Source: an uncultured bacterium (GTDB lineage: Bacteria > Planctomycetota > UBA1135 > GCA-002686595). Taken from it: a stretch of DNA of 64,000 nt. The notes below the pieces were generated by a model, which had not been told where the DNA came from, searched no databases, and saw nothing but the letters and a program-made list of their open reading frames with translations. Numbering within the stretch: the stretch's first letter is position 1; every line of letters begins with the position of its first letter. Positions 9,940 through 18,441 of this stretch are shown one piece after another. The translations under genes and the position numbers were made by a program. Location: NCBI GenBank assembly GCA_943787795.1, contig CALSNU010000005.1, positions 128,001-192,000 of the forward strand, in the 5' to 3' direction.

Positions 9940-10175
9940 CTCGACGCTTTCGAATGGGCCTGTTCTTGTGCCTGGCCGCGGCCACCGGGCTGCACCTGCG
10001 CCCCTGCCTCTGGACGATCAAGGGGGGCTGCGAGCCCGAACCCTCGGCGCCCCATGCGGCCCCCGCGCCGGAGATGACGGTCGCCCAGGTACGCGGCCGA
10101 CGCCCCTCGCTCGGAGACCTCTCCGCCGGCCCCGCCCTCGTGGGGATCCAGGCCGCCGTGGCCGAAACTCGCTGA
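9936..10175 (+). CDS. Small hypothetical protein with N-terminal hydrophobic segment
   Basis: ATGA overlap with the LysM gene stop; fills the gap to murG; no recognisable family. Confidence 0.45.
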   Translation: MTRRFRMGLFLCLAAATGLHLRPCLWTIKGGCEPEPSAPHAAPAPEMTVAQVRGRRPSLGDLSAGPALVGIQAAVAETR

Positions 10176-10187
10176 CTCGACCTGCCC

Positions 10188-11480
10188 ATGGCTGAAGAGA
10201 CTCCCCTCTCGGGATATGAGATCCCTCGCAGTGACGCTCCGCAAGGTGACCACGCTCGTGTTGGCGTTGAGGGGCCTGCGGATCCGGATGCCGGATCTCC
10301 TGGGGCCGCGCTTCCTGTGGCGAGCCAGGGCGGCGGTCTTCGCCTCGCGATCGCCGGCGGTGGAACCGGCGGGCACGTGGTCCCCGGGCTCCACCTGCTC
10401 GACTCTCTCCAGGAGGTGATCGGCCGCGCTGGCGGCCCGGCGCCTCACCTCGACGATCTGCTCTGGTTTCACAGCGGACGCCGTGCCGAGGAGCGCTGTC
10501 TCAAGGAGCTTGACCGACAGGTGGGGAGCATGGGCGTCGACCTGGAGCGGGTCATCCTCCCCCTCGAGCCCGATGGGGGCGGGGCGCCCAGCCTCGTGCG
10601 CCTCAGTCAGCGAATGGTCCCCTCCTTCTTCAACGCGAGGAAGGCCATGCGGGAGCACCGCTCCCAGGTGTTCCTCGGGCTGGGCGGCTACACCACGGCG
10701 CCCGCAGCGCTCGCGGCCCGAGCCCTGGGAATCCCCGTCGTCTTGCTGGAGATCAACGCCACGGCGGGCAAGGCCACGCGGACCCTCGGCCCGTTCAGTC
10801 AGCGTGTCCTCCATGCGTGGCGTGAGACCTTGCCGCCTGATCGCGAAGGTGAGAAGCACCAGCTCGTCGGCCCGCCGGTGGCGCGCCGCTTCGCCCCTCC
10901 CGCGGATCCGGACGGAGCTCGACGCGGGGCGAAGGACGACCTGGGCTTCGACCCGGATCGCCCGCTGTTGCTCGTCCTGGGGGGGAGCCAGGGGGCCAAG
11001 GGGCTCAACGCGTTCGTCAGGAACCACGTGAGCTACCTGCTCGGCTCCGGAGTCCAGGTCTTGCATCAGGTCGGCCCAGGCCGACGTGCCGAGGGCGCAG
11101 ACAGCCTCGATGGCTACGAGGCCATCGAGTTCATGGACGACGTCTACACCGCGCTCGTCGCGGCCGACGGGGTCTTGTGTCGAGGCGGAGCGTCGACTCT
11201 CGCCGAGATCGGAGCCATGGAGACGCCGGCATGGGTGGTGCCTTACCCTCATCACGGCGACCAGCATCAGGTCCGCAACGCGCGGCAGCTCAGCGGCGGG
11301 GTGCGCATTATCGAGGAACAGGACCTCGACCACGCCCGGTGTGAGGAGCTCGTGCGGTTCCTCGGGGCGCCCGGGGCTGAGGAACGCGAGCGCATGCGGC
11401 ATCACCTCAGGGAGGCGGTGCCGGCCGACGCCGCTCAGCGCGTGTGGACCGAGCTGGAAGAGCTGGCGCTCGTGCGCTGA
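10188..11480 (+). CDS. murG: Undecaprenyl-PP-MurNAc-pentapeptide GlcNAc transferase
   Basis: AGGGTGGHV, GLGGY, LGGSQGA, CRGGASTLAE, VPYP..DQHQ..NA motifs. True start may be downstream of 10188. Confidence 0.92.
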   Translation: MAEETPLSGYEIPRSDAPQGDHARVGVEGPADPDAGSPGAALPVASQGGGLRLAIAGGGTGGHVVPGLHLLDSLQEVIGRAGGPAPHLDDLLWFHSGRRAEERCLKELDRQVGSMGVDLERVILPLEPDGGGAPSLVRLSQRMVPSFFNARKAMREHRSQVFLGLGGYTTAPAALAARALGIPVVLLEINATAGKATRTLGPFSQRVLHAWRETLPPDREGEKHQLVGPPVARRFAPPADPDGARRGAKDDLGFDPDRPLLLVLGGSQGAKGLNAFVRNHVSYLLGSGVQVLHQVGPGRRAEGADSLDGYEAIEFMDDVYTALVAADGVLCRGGASTLAEIGAMETPAWVVPYPHHGDQHQVRNARQLSGGVRIIEEQDLDHARCEELVRFLGAPGAEERERMRHHLREAVPADAAQRVWTELEELALVR

Positions 11481-11530
11481 GGAGGCTCCTCAGCGGTTGT
11501 CGGGCCTGGGCTGCGGGTGGCCCCTTGGCT

Positions 11531-11594
11531 GCGCTGTCCCTCGATGGCGCTGTCCCTCGACGGCGTTGCCCCTCGGCGGCGTTGCCCCTCGGCT
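11531..11594. repeat. Tandem 16-bp repeat, 4 copies (GCGYTGYCCCTCGRYG)
   Basis: gcgctgtccctcgatg / gcgctgtccctcgacg / gcgttgcccctcggcg / gcgttgcccctcggct, read directly. Confidence 0.9.
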
Positions 11595-11740
11595 GGGATG
11601 GCCCGCCGGCTAGGGCGCCCTATTGGGGAGGATCACTCGCCCTCGCCGCGGCGCTCGATCCTCAAGGCGGGCGCTCTGGCGAGGAGCGGCAGGGCGCTCG
11701 CCCCACCGACCTCGGAGGCCGCCACGGCCGGGGGGCCTTG

Positions 11741-11848
11741 CGGCAGGGGGGCTCAACCCGGCAGGGGGGGCTCAACCCGGCAGGGGGGGCTCAACCCGGC
11801 AGGGGGGCTCAACCAGGCAGAGGACTCAAGCCAGCAGGGGGACTCGAC
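11741..11848. repeat. Tandem 18-19-bp G-tract repeat (CGGCA G6-7 CTCAACC), 4 near-perfect plus 2 degenerate copies
   Basis: Read directly; G-run length varies 6-7 between copies; no spacers. Confidence 0.9.
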
Positions 11849-11988
11849 GGGCTGCGACACGCGAGCTGCGACTCCCGGGCGTCACGCGGAATCGACGGCG
11901 GGCGCCGGATCCCGTTGCGATCCGGCGCCCGCCGTGGCTTGAACCTGGCCGGCTCTTGCGCTCGGCCAGAGAGAGGGGAGCGCTCCGC

Positions 11989-12756
11989 TCAGAAGGAGAA
12001 CTGCACGCCCATGTAGTAGCCGCTCAGGTCGAGGTCGGTGTCGATCAGGGCGTCGTTATCGGAGTACTCCGCGTCGATCTTCATGGTCTTGTAGCCGATC
12101 ACCAGGTCCCCGACTCCAAAGAGATCCACCGAGGCAGAGATCCCGATGTCGAAGATCGAGGCTTCGGACTCGTCGTACTCGACGACGAGGCCCCCGGCGT
12201 CGGCGCGCAGGTCCACAAGGCCCCACGTCCAAGCCGCCCGGGCGGCGAGCAGGGGCACAGGGATCAGCTCTTCTGACTCGATGGTGGTCCCGGCGCCGCC
12301 GATCTCCTGGAGCCGCAGGTCCAGATCGAGCAGGGTCGCGCCGAAGCCGAGCCCCAGGTCGAGGCCGTCGAGGGGGATGATGTCCCAGGTGAACAGCGCG
12401 CGAGCCGTGTTGAGTCGGACGTCCGACGCGACGTCGGTGCCTGCGCTGATGATCGAGCCCTGGTACTCGAAGTCGCCTGTGGCGGTGCCCGTCCCCGCGA
12501 ACTCGACGCCGTACCCGGAGATGGACAGCTCGGCCCCGCCGAAGTTGAGCCTCACGAGGCCTCCCACCACGGCCTCGTTGTCATCGAGGCCGAGGTCGTT
12601 GAAGTTGGAGGCCACCGACGTCCCGGCGCCGTCGCCGACGGCCAGGTCACCGTCGATGCCGACGGAGGCGATGAACGGGGTGACCGAGGCGCTGGGGGCG
12701 CCGCAGCCGGCGAGGGCGATGGGCGCCGCGAGGGCGATGAGGTGAAGGTGGCGCAT
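11989..12756 (-). CDS. Outer-membrane beta-barrel protein with lipoprotein-like signal
   Basis: MRHLHLIALAAPIALAGC lipobox-like signal, alternating amphipathic beta strands, C-terminal beta-signal YYMGVQFSF. Confidence 0.75.
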   Translation of the reverse strand: MRHLHLIALAAPIALAGCGAPSASVTPFIASVGIDGDLAVGDGAGTSVASNFNDLGLDDNEAVVGGLVRLNFGGAELSISGYGVEFAGTGTATGDFEYQGSIISAGTDVASDVRLNTARALFTWDIIPLDGLDLGLGFGATLLDLDLRLQEIGGAGTTIESEELIPVPLLAARAAWTWGLVDLRADAGGLVVEYDESEASIFDIGISASVDLFGVGDLVIGYKTMKIDAEYSDNDALIDTDLDLSGYYMGVQFSF

Positions 12757-12820
12757 GGGCAGTCGGGGTGGGGACTGGGCAGCCGGGGTGGGGACTGGGC
12801 AGCTGGGGTGGGGACTGGGC
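12756..12820. repeat. Tandem 20-bp repeat (TGGGCAGYYGGGGTGGGGAC), about 3.25 copies
   Basis: Read directly; abuts the start codon of the beta-barrel gene. Confidence 0.9.
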
Positions 12821-12960
12821 GAACCTGACAAAGGTCCCTTCGTCAGGGGGCGGTCATTCCTTGAGGGAGGTTCACCCAGGTGCATAGAGGCCGGGAGCGA
12901 GGGCCGCTCTTGGGGCCCCTGGAGGGGCTAGAGGGGCTCCTTTGGGGGGGCACTGTCGAG

Positions 12961-13260
12961 CTAGTGGTCGTCCGATGCCGGCGTCCCCGAGGGGGGAGCA
13001 TCAGCGGAAGGAGCCTCCGAGGAGGAGTCTCCCGCCTGGGCTCGCCAGGCGGCGACGACCTCGGACGCGAACTCCAGGTCTTCAGCCTTCACGACGACCT
13101 CGGTGGGGCCGAGCATGCGCTGGGCTGCGCCGAATTCGTCCATCAGTTCTGAGCCCGCGGCCCGGGCGGCCACGCCCTCGGATTCGAGCAGGCCGACGAG
13201 GAGCTGGGCTTCAATGTACGAGGAGGCGGTGTGGACGACCCGCAGACTCAATGAACTCAT
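12961..13260 (-). CDS. DUF2007-like small (putative signal-transducing) protein
   Basis: VVHTASSYIEAQLLVGLLESEGV...EVVVKAEDLEFASEVV pattern. Confidence 0.7.
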   Translation of the reverse strand: MSSLSLRVVHTASSYIEAQLLVGLLESEGVAARAAGSELMDEFGAAQRMLGPTEVVVKAEDLEFASEVVAAWRAQAGDSSSEAPSADAPPSGTPASDDH

Positions 13261-13326
13261 GGCTCAAGTCTCCGGTTCCCGGCTCGACGCTTCAAGCGGG
13301 TGCCCCCGTTTGGTTGGATAGCGGTC

Positions 13327-14766
13327 GTGTCCAATCGAACCAGCGAGAGCACCTCCGCGCGCGCCGCATCGGCGCGGCCCCGACTTCCCCGGAAGATCCA
13401 CATGCTCGGCGCCGGCGGCGCGGGTCTCTCCGGGGCGGCGCGCCTCCTCGCGGAAGCCGGGCATGACGTCTCAGGACATGATCGAGAGGCTTCACCGTTC
13501 ACGGCGAGCCTCGCGGCGCTGGGTGTTGACGTGAAGCTCGGGGCGAGCGAGGCGGCTCACATGCCCGCCGAGGTCGAGCTCGTCGCCCGATCGGCGGCGG
13601 TCTCCGACGAGGACCCGCAGGTCCGTGCTGCCCGTGAGCGCGGGGTCGAGGTCATCAAATATGCGGAGCTCCTGGGCCGGCTCAGCCCCCCGGACAAGAC
13701 GCTCGCGATCGCCGGGACGCACGGCAAGACGACCACCACATGGATGATCTACGAGGCGCTCGAGGCGGCGGGAGGTCCCGCGCCGGGGACCCTCGTCGGG
13801 GGCCTTCACCAGGCCCGCGGGGTGAACTCCATCTCGCCGGACCCCACCGGCTGGTTCGCCGTCGAGGCCTGTGAGTACGACCGCTCCTTCCTCCAGCTGC
13901 AGCCCTTCGGCGCGATCGTGACCAACTTCGAGGAGGATCACCTCGACTGTTACGGGAGCCTCGAGGAGCTGGAGCGCGGCTTTTGCCGCTTCGTGGATCG
14001 GGTCTCCGCCGAGGGCCTCGTGGTGCTCGGCACGGACGTCCCCGAGGCCATCGCCGAGGCGGCGCGCGGCCGCGTCTGGCGCCTCGGCAAGGAGATCCAG
14101 CTCGACCTCCTCGGGCAGGATCGCGGTTACTTCCGCTTCCAGGTGCGCGGTCCTGGCTGGACGACCCCTGAGGTCCAGCTCTCGATCCCCGGCCGCTTCA
14201 ACGTCGAGGACGCCGCGCTCGCGATCGCGCTCGCCGTGGGCTGCACCGGGGTGAGCCCGGCGGCAGCGGCGCGCGGAGTCGCGGAGTTCCCGGGCGCGGC
14301 TCGTCGATTTGAACGGTGGGGGGTGTCGGGGGGAATCCCCGTCGTTCACGACTACGCCCACCACCCCACGGAGGTCCGTGTGACCATCGAGGCGGCCCGG
14401 CGCGCGTTCCCCGGCAGGGACCTCGAGGTCTTGTTCCAACCCCACCAGGCGAGCCGGACGGCCCGGCACATGGAGGGCTTCGTGGAGGCCCTGCGGGGGA
14501 CCGGGCGGGTCGTGGTCACCGAGGTCTACGGAGCCCGCAAGCACATCGACCGTATCGAAGGTGCCGACGCCGTGACGCTCGCGTCCAAGTTGCGCAGGGC
14601 CGGAGTGGATGCCGTCGCGGGCAGTTCGTTGCTGGACTCCTGCGGCCGGTTCGTTGATGGCATGAAGCCCAACGCCTGCGCCCTCGTCATGGGGGCGGGG
14701 GACATCGATACGCTCAAGCTGGATCTCCTCGATGCAATGGCCCTGCGCTACCCTTCCGGGAGCTGA
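13327..14766 (+). CDS. murC: UDP-N-acetylmuramate--L-alanine ligase
   Basis: IHMLGAGGAGLSG, AIAGTHGKTTTT, EACEYDRSFL, EDHLDCY, DYAHHPTE, FQPH, MGAGDI. Start approximate (GTG 13327). Confidence 0.95.
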   Translation: MSNRTSESTSARAASARPRLPRKIHMLGAGGAGLSGAARLLAEAGHDVSGHDREASPFTASLAALGVDVKLGASEAAHMPAEVELVARSAAVSDEDPQVRAARERGVEVIKYAELLGRLSPPDKTLAIAGTHGKTTTTWMIYEALEAAGGPAPGTLVGGLHQARGVNSISPDPTGWFAVEACEYDRSFLQLQPFGAIVTNFEEDHLDCYGSLEELERGFCRFVDRVSAEGLVVLGTDVPEAIAEAARGRVWRLGKEIQLDLLGQDRGYFRFQVRGPGWTTPEVQLSIPGRFNVEDAALAIALAVGCTGVSPAAAARGVAEFPGAARRFERWGVSGGIPVVHDYAHHPTEVRVTIEAARRAFPGRDLEVLFQPHQASRTARHMEGFVEALRGTGRVVVTEVYGARKHIDRIEGADAVTLASKLRRAGVDAVAGSSLLDSCGRFVDGMKPNACALVMGAGDIDTLKLDLLDAMALRYPSGS

Positions 14767-15724
14767 TCTCAGGGAGCGTACGACGCTCCGTGTCGGCGGG
14801 CCGGTGGCCTGGCTCCTCGAGCCTGCAGACCCCGAGCAGTTTCGCGAGGCCATCGTGGCCGCTCGCGAGCGAGGGATCCCCATGCGCATCCTCGGAGGAG
14901 GGGCCAACGTGGTGATCGATGACTCGGGGCTCGAGGGCGTCGTCATCTCGACCGAGCGCCTCAACAGGATCTTTCGCCCGGGGGACCCGAGCGTCGAGGA
15001 GACCCTCGATACACAGCTCCCCTCGGCTCGGGTCGCTCCCGCGAACCCGGCGGATGACCCGCGGCTCGTGGTCTGGAGCGGCGCGCCCCTGCCCAAGCTG
15101 TGCCGGGCCGCGCGGGACCTCGGCTACTCGGGCCTGGAGAAGATGGCGGGCGTCCCCGGGCACGTGGGCGGCGGGATCGCCATGAACGCCGGCGGCAAGG
15201 ACCCGGACGGGACCCTCTGGCAGATGAGCGACGTGGTGGAGCGGATCCGCCTCGTCAACGCGGCGGGGGAGATGGAGGACATCACACGGGACGAGTGGAC
15301 GCCCGAGTACCGGGACGGCCGGCTCGGTGACTCCATCGTGGCAGGGGCGGTGCTGCGCTTCGAGCCCCGCTCGAAGGCCGAGGTCGCCGAGGCCTCCAGG
15401 GAGTACCTGCGTCGCAAGAACGCGGTGCAGCCGGTCACTGAGCGCAGCGCTGGCTGCGTGTTCAAGAACCCCGACCCTGAGCGTTCCGGCGGCAAGACCG
15501 CCGGGCAGCTCGTGGACGAGGCCGGCGGCAAGGGCCGCCGCCGGGGAGAGGCGACGATCTCCGAGCGGCACGGGAACTTCCTCATCAACCGCGGTGCCGC
15601 GACGGCGGCGGACGTGTTCGGGCTGATCGAGGAGGTCCAGGACCTGGTCGCGCAGCGCGCGGGCGTGGAGCTCGAGTGCGAGGTCAAGCTCTGGCGCGAC
15701 GACGAGGGGCGCGCGGGGTCCTAG
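14732..15724 (+). CDS. murB: UDP-N-acetylenolpyruvoylglucosamine reductase
   Basis: TTLRVGGP, LGGGAN, GLEKMAGVPGHVGGGIAMNAG, SAGCVFKNP, SERHGNFLIN, LECEV. Confidence 0.93.
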   Translation: MQWPCATLPGADLRERTTLRVGGPVAWLLEPADPEQFREAIVAARERGIPMRILGGGANVVIDDSGLEGVVISTERLNRIFRPGDPSVEETLDTQLPSARVAPANPADDPRLVVWSGAPLPKLCRAARDLGYSGLEKMAGVPGHVGGGIAMNAGGKDPDGTLWQMSDVVERIRLVNAAGEMEDITRDEWTPEYRDGRLGDSIVAGAVLRFEPRSKAEVAEASREYLRRKNAVQPVTERSAGCVFKNPDPERSGGKTAGQLVDEAGGKGRRRGEATISERHGNFLINRGAATAADVFGLIEEVQDLVAQRAGVELECEVKLWRDDEGRAGS

Positions 15725-16353
15725 CCGCGGTCCCGGAACCTCGCGCGGATCGACTCGACGATCGCGGGAGGCGCCTTCCTCAACGAGCCGCAGTCGAAGG
15801 GCGGGGCGGGGTCGTACTCGATGCTCAGCTGCAGGGTCATGGCGAGCTCGTCCCCGGCGGTCCGTGCCGCGAAGTCGAGGGCCATGTCGATACCGGCGGA
15901 GACGCCGGCTGCGGTGATGTACTTCCCGCTCGTCACGGCGCGCCGCTCAGTGGGGATCGCACCGTACTCGGCGAGGCGCTCCAGTGAGACCCAGTGGGTC
16001 GTGGCCTCACGCCCCTCGAGGAGCCCTGCGGCGGCGAGGACCATGGCCCCCGTACAGACAGACATGGTCGTCGAGGTCGTCCGGTCGATCCGACGCACCC
16101 ACTCCAGGAGCCCCTCGTCGCTCTCCAGGCGTCGGGTCCCAAAGCCGCCGGGCATGAGCAGCACGTCTGCGCGCTCGATCTCATCACGGCCGGCGTCGCA
16201 GACCATGGCGAGGGCGCCGTTGTCCGTCCTCGCGGTCCCGCGCTCCGGGCCGACGAAGCGTACGTTGGCCCCTGGGAGGCGCGTCAGGATCTCATAGGGG
16301 CCGACGGCGTCGAGGGCCGTGATCCCGTCAAACAGGTAGATGACGATGTCCAT
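15721..16353 (-). CDS. DJ-1/PfpI family protein (isonitrile hydratase-like)
   Basis: C-terminal part of the long 15721..18408 ORF: FDGITALDAVGP, MPGG, SVCTGA, ATTHW, AAGVSAGID, EYDPAPPFDCG. Confidence 0.9.
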   Translation of the reverse strand: MDIVIYLFDGITALDAVGPYEILTRLPGANVRFVGPERGTARTDNGALAMVCDAGRDEIERADVLLMPGGFGTRRLESDEGLLEWVRRIDRTTSTTMSVCTGAMVLAAAGLLEGREATTHWVSLERLAEYGAIPTERRAVTSGKYITAAGVSAGIDMALDFAARTAGDELAMTLQLSIEYDPAPPFDCGSLRKAPPAIVESIRARFRDRG

Positions 16354-16575
16354 GTGGTTGACCTCCGGGTCGAGCCAGATCATACGGAGCCCGAGCGGGG
16401 GCCACGGACACCGGCGCCATCGGCCGAGAAATGCTGGCGGGAGCACAGGGAACCGGTGGACGGAGGGTCTAGACTCTGCCTTCAATCTCTCCACGAGGCC
16501 GCCGACCGGGAGCGCCCTCGTCTCCAGAGCCCTCAGGTGGGGGGCTGTTGGAGCCAACGATCCCGCGACAAGAAG

Positions 16576-18399
16576 ATGACTCAGGTAGATCCGGTTCCTC
16601 AGGTCGAGGGGCCCTTTCCCTTGTCGACGCTCCGACACTCGGTGGCCCACCTCATGGCCTCCGCGGTCCAGAAGCTGATCCCCGGCGCGCAGTTCGGCTT
16701 CGGGCCGTCCATCGAGCACGGCTTCTACTACGACTTCGATCTGCCGGAGCCGTTGACCGACAAGGACCTGCGGAAGATCGAGAAGGAGATGCGGCGCATC
16801 GCCAAGCGGTCGCCCGCGATCGAGAAGGAGACGCTGACCCGCGAGGAGGCGAAGGCGCGCCTCGAGGGCTGGGGCCAGACCTTCAAGCTCGAGGGGCTCG
16901 ACCTCATTCCCGAGGGCGAGGAGATCACCTTCTACTCCCACGGTGACGGCGACGACCGCTGGGGGGACCTCTGCGAAGGCCCCCACGTGGACTCGCTCAA
17001 GGACCACCAGTTCCACTTCAAGCTCCAGCACGTGGCTGGGGCCTACTGGAGGGGGGACGAGAAGAACCCGATGATGCAGCGCATCTACGGGACCGCCTTC
17101 TGGACCAAGGAGGAGCTGACCGGGCACCTCGAGTGGCTCGAGGAGGTCAAGAAGCGAGACCACCGCAAGCTCGGCACGGACCTCGACCTGTTCAGCGTTC
17201 ACGCCGAGGCGGGCGCGGGCTTCGTCTTCTGGCACCCGAACCTCGGCACCGTCCGGCGCGAGCTCGAGCAGTTCTGGTGGGACCTCCACACGCGCGGCGG
17301 CTACAAGGCGGTCTACACGCCGCATGTCTCGCGCGAGAGCCTCTTCGCGGTCTCGGGCCACCTCGAGAACTACGGCGAGATGATGTACGCGCCCATGGAG
17401 CTCGACGCGTTCCCGTATCGGGTCAAGCCGATGAACTGCCCGGGGCACGCGCTGATCTACAAGGATCGCGGCCGCAGCTACCGGGAGCTCCCCCTGCGCT
17501 GGGCCGAGCTCGGCACGGTCTATCGCTACGAGCGCAGCGGCGTCGTGCACGGGATGCTCCGCGTGCGCGGGTTCACCCAGGACGACGCGCACATCTTCTG
17601 CACGCCGGACCAGCTGGCCGAGGAGATCGCCGGGGTGTGCCGGCTCATCGACAAGGTGCTCACCACCTTCGGCTTCGAGTACAAGGCCTACCTGGCGACT
17701 CGCCCCTCCGAGAAGACGATCGGCGACGAGGCTATCTGGGCCCGCGCCACCGCCTCCCTCGAGGAGGCGGCCAAGATCGTGGGCCTCGAGCTCGAGCTGG
17801 ACGAGGGCGGCGGCGCGTTCTACGGGCCGAAGATCGACTACAAGATCAAGGACGCCCTGGGGCGCGAGTGGCAGAACAGCACCATCCAGTGCGACTTCAA
17901 CCTGCCCGAGCGCTTCGACCTGAACTACACCGACTCCGACGGCGGTCTCAAGCGGCCGATCATGGTGCACCGCGCGATCCTCGGCTCGCTCGAGCGCTTC
18001 GTCGGCGGCCTGATCGAGCACTTCGGCGGCAAGTTCCCCTTCTGGATCGCGCCGACCCAGGTGGCGGTGATTCCGATTCGAGAGGAGCACTCGCCCTACG
18101 CTCGCAAGATCGCGGACGCGCTGGAGTCGGAGCTGTTCCGGGTCGACGCCATGCTGGAGGTCGGGCACATGAACAAGAAGATCAAGCAGGCCCAGAAGGA
18201 GCAGGTGCCCTACATGCTGATCGCCGGCGAGCGAGAGGCCGCGGAGGGTACGGTCGCGGTTCGGCGCCGCGGGACCCGCGAGCAGCAGGTCGTGCCCTTC
18301 GACACCTTCGTGGCGATGATCCGCGGCCTGCGCGAGGAGCGCTCGCTGGAGACGCCCGAGGCGGGCGAGCCTGTCGCGGACGGGAGCGCCGCGGAGTGA
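16576..18399 (+). CDS. thrS: Threonine--tRNA ligase
   Basis: RHSVAHL, GFYYDFD, DLCEGPHV, GAYWRGDE, RIYGTA, RDHRKLG, KPMNCPGH, RVRGFTQDDAH, FYGPKID, HRAILGSLERF. Confidence 0.97.
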   Translation: MTQVDPVPQVEGPFPLSTLRHSVAHLMASAVQKLIPGAQFGFGPSIEHGFYYDFDLPEPLTDKDLRKIEKEMRRIAKRSPAIEKETLTREEAKARLEGWGQTFKLEGLDLIPEGEEITFYSHGDGDDRWGDLCEGPHVDSLKDHQFHFKLQHVAGAYWRGDEKNPMMQRIYGTAFWTKEELTGHLEWLEEVKKRDHRKLGTDLDLFSVHAEAGAGFVFWHPNLGTVRRELEQFWWDLHTRGGYKAVYTPHVSRESLFAVSGHLENYGEMMYAPMELDAFPYRVKPMNCPGHALIYKDRGRSYRELPLRWAELGTVYRYERSGVVHGMLRVRGFTQDDAHIFCTPDQLAEEIAGVCRLIDKVLTTFGFEYKAYLATRPSEKTIGDEAIWARATASLEEAAKIVGLELELDEGGGAFYGPKIDYKIKDALGREWQNSTIQCDFNLPERFDLNYTDSDGGLKRPIMVHRAILGSLERFVGGLIEHFGGKFPFWIAPTQVAVIPIREEHSPYARKIADALESELFRVDAMLEVGHMNKKIKQAQKEQVPYMLIAGEREAAEGTVAVRRRGTREQQVVPFDTFVAMIRGLREERSLETPEAGEPVADGSAAE

Positions 18400-18441
18400 G
18401 CCCGACACATGGGTAGAGAGCTGGCCGTTCCCGGCCGGCTC

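Noticed and set aside
10173..10190. Small ORF TGA in frame with murG
   Set aside because: No GGU-apex hairpin nearby, and MurG is cytoplasmic and complete without the extension.
11531..11848. Repeat arrays as a CRISPR array
   Set aside because: Units are contiguous 16-19-bp tandem copies without unique spacers, and no cas genes are present.
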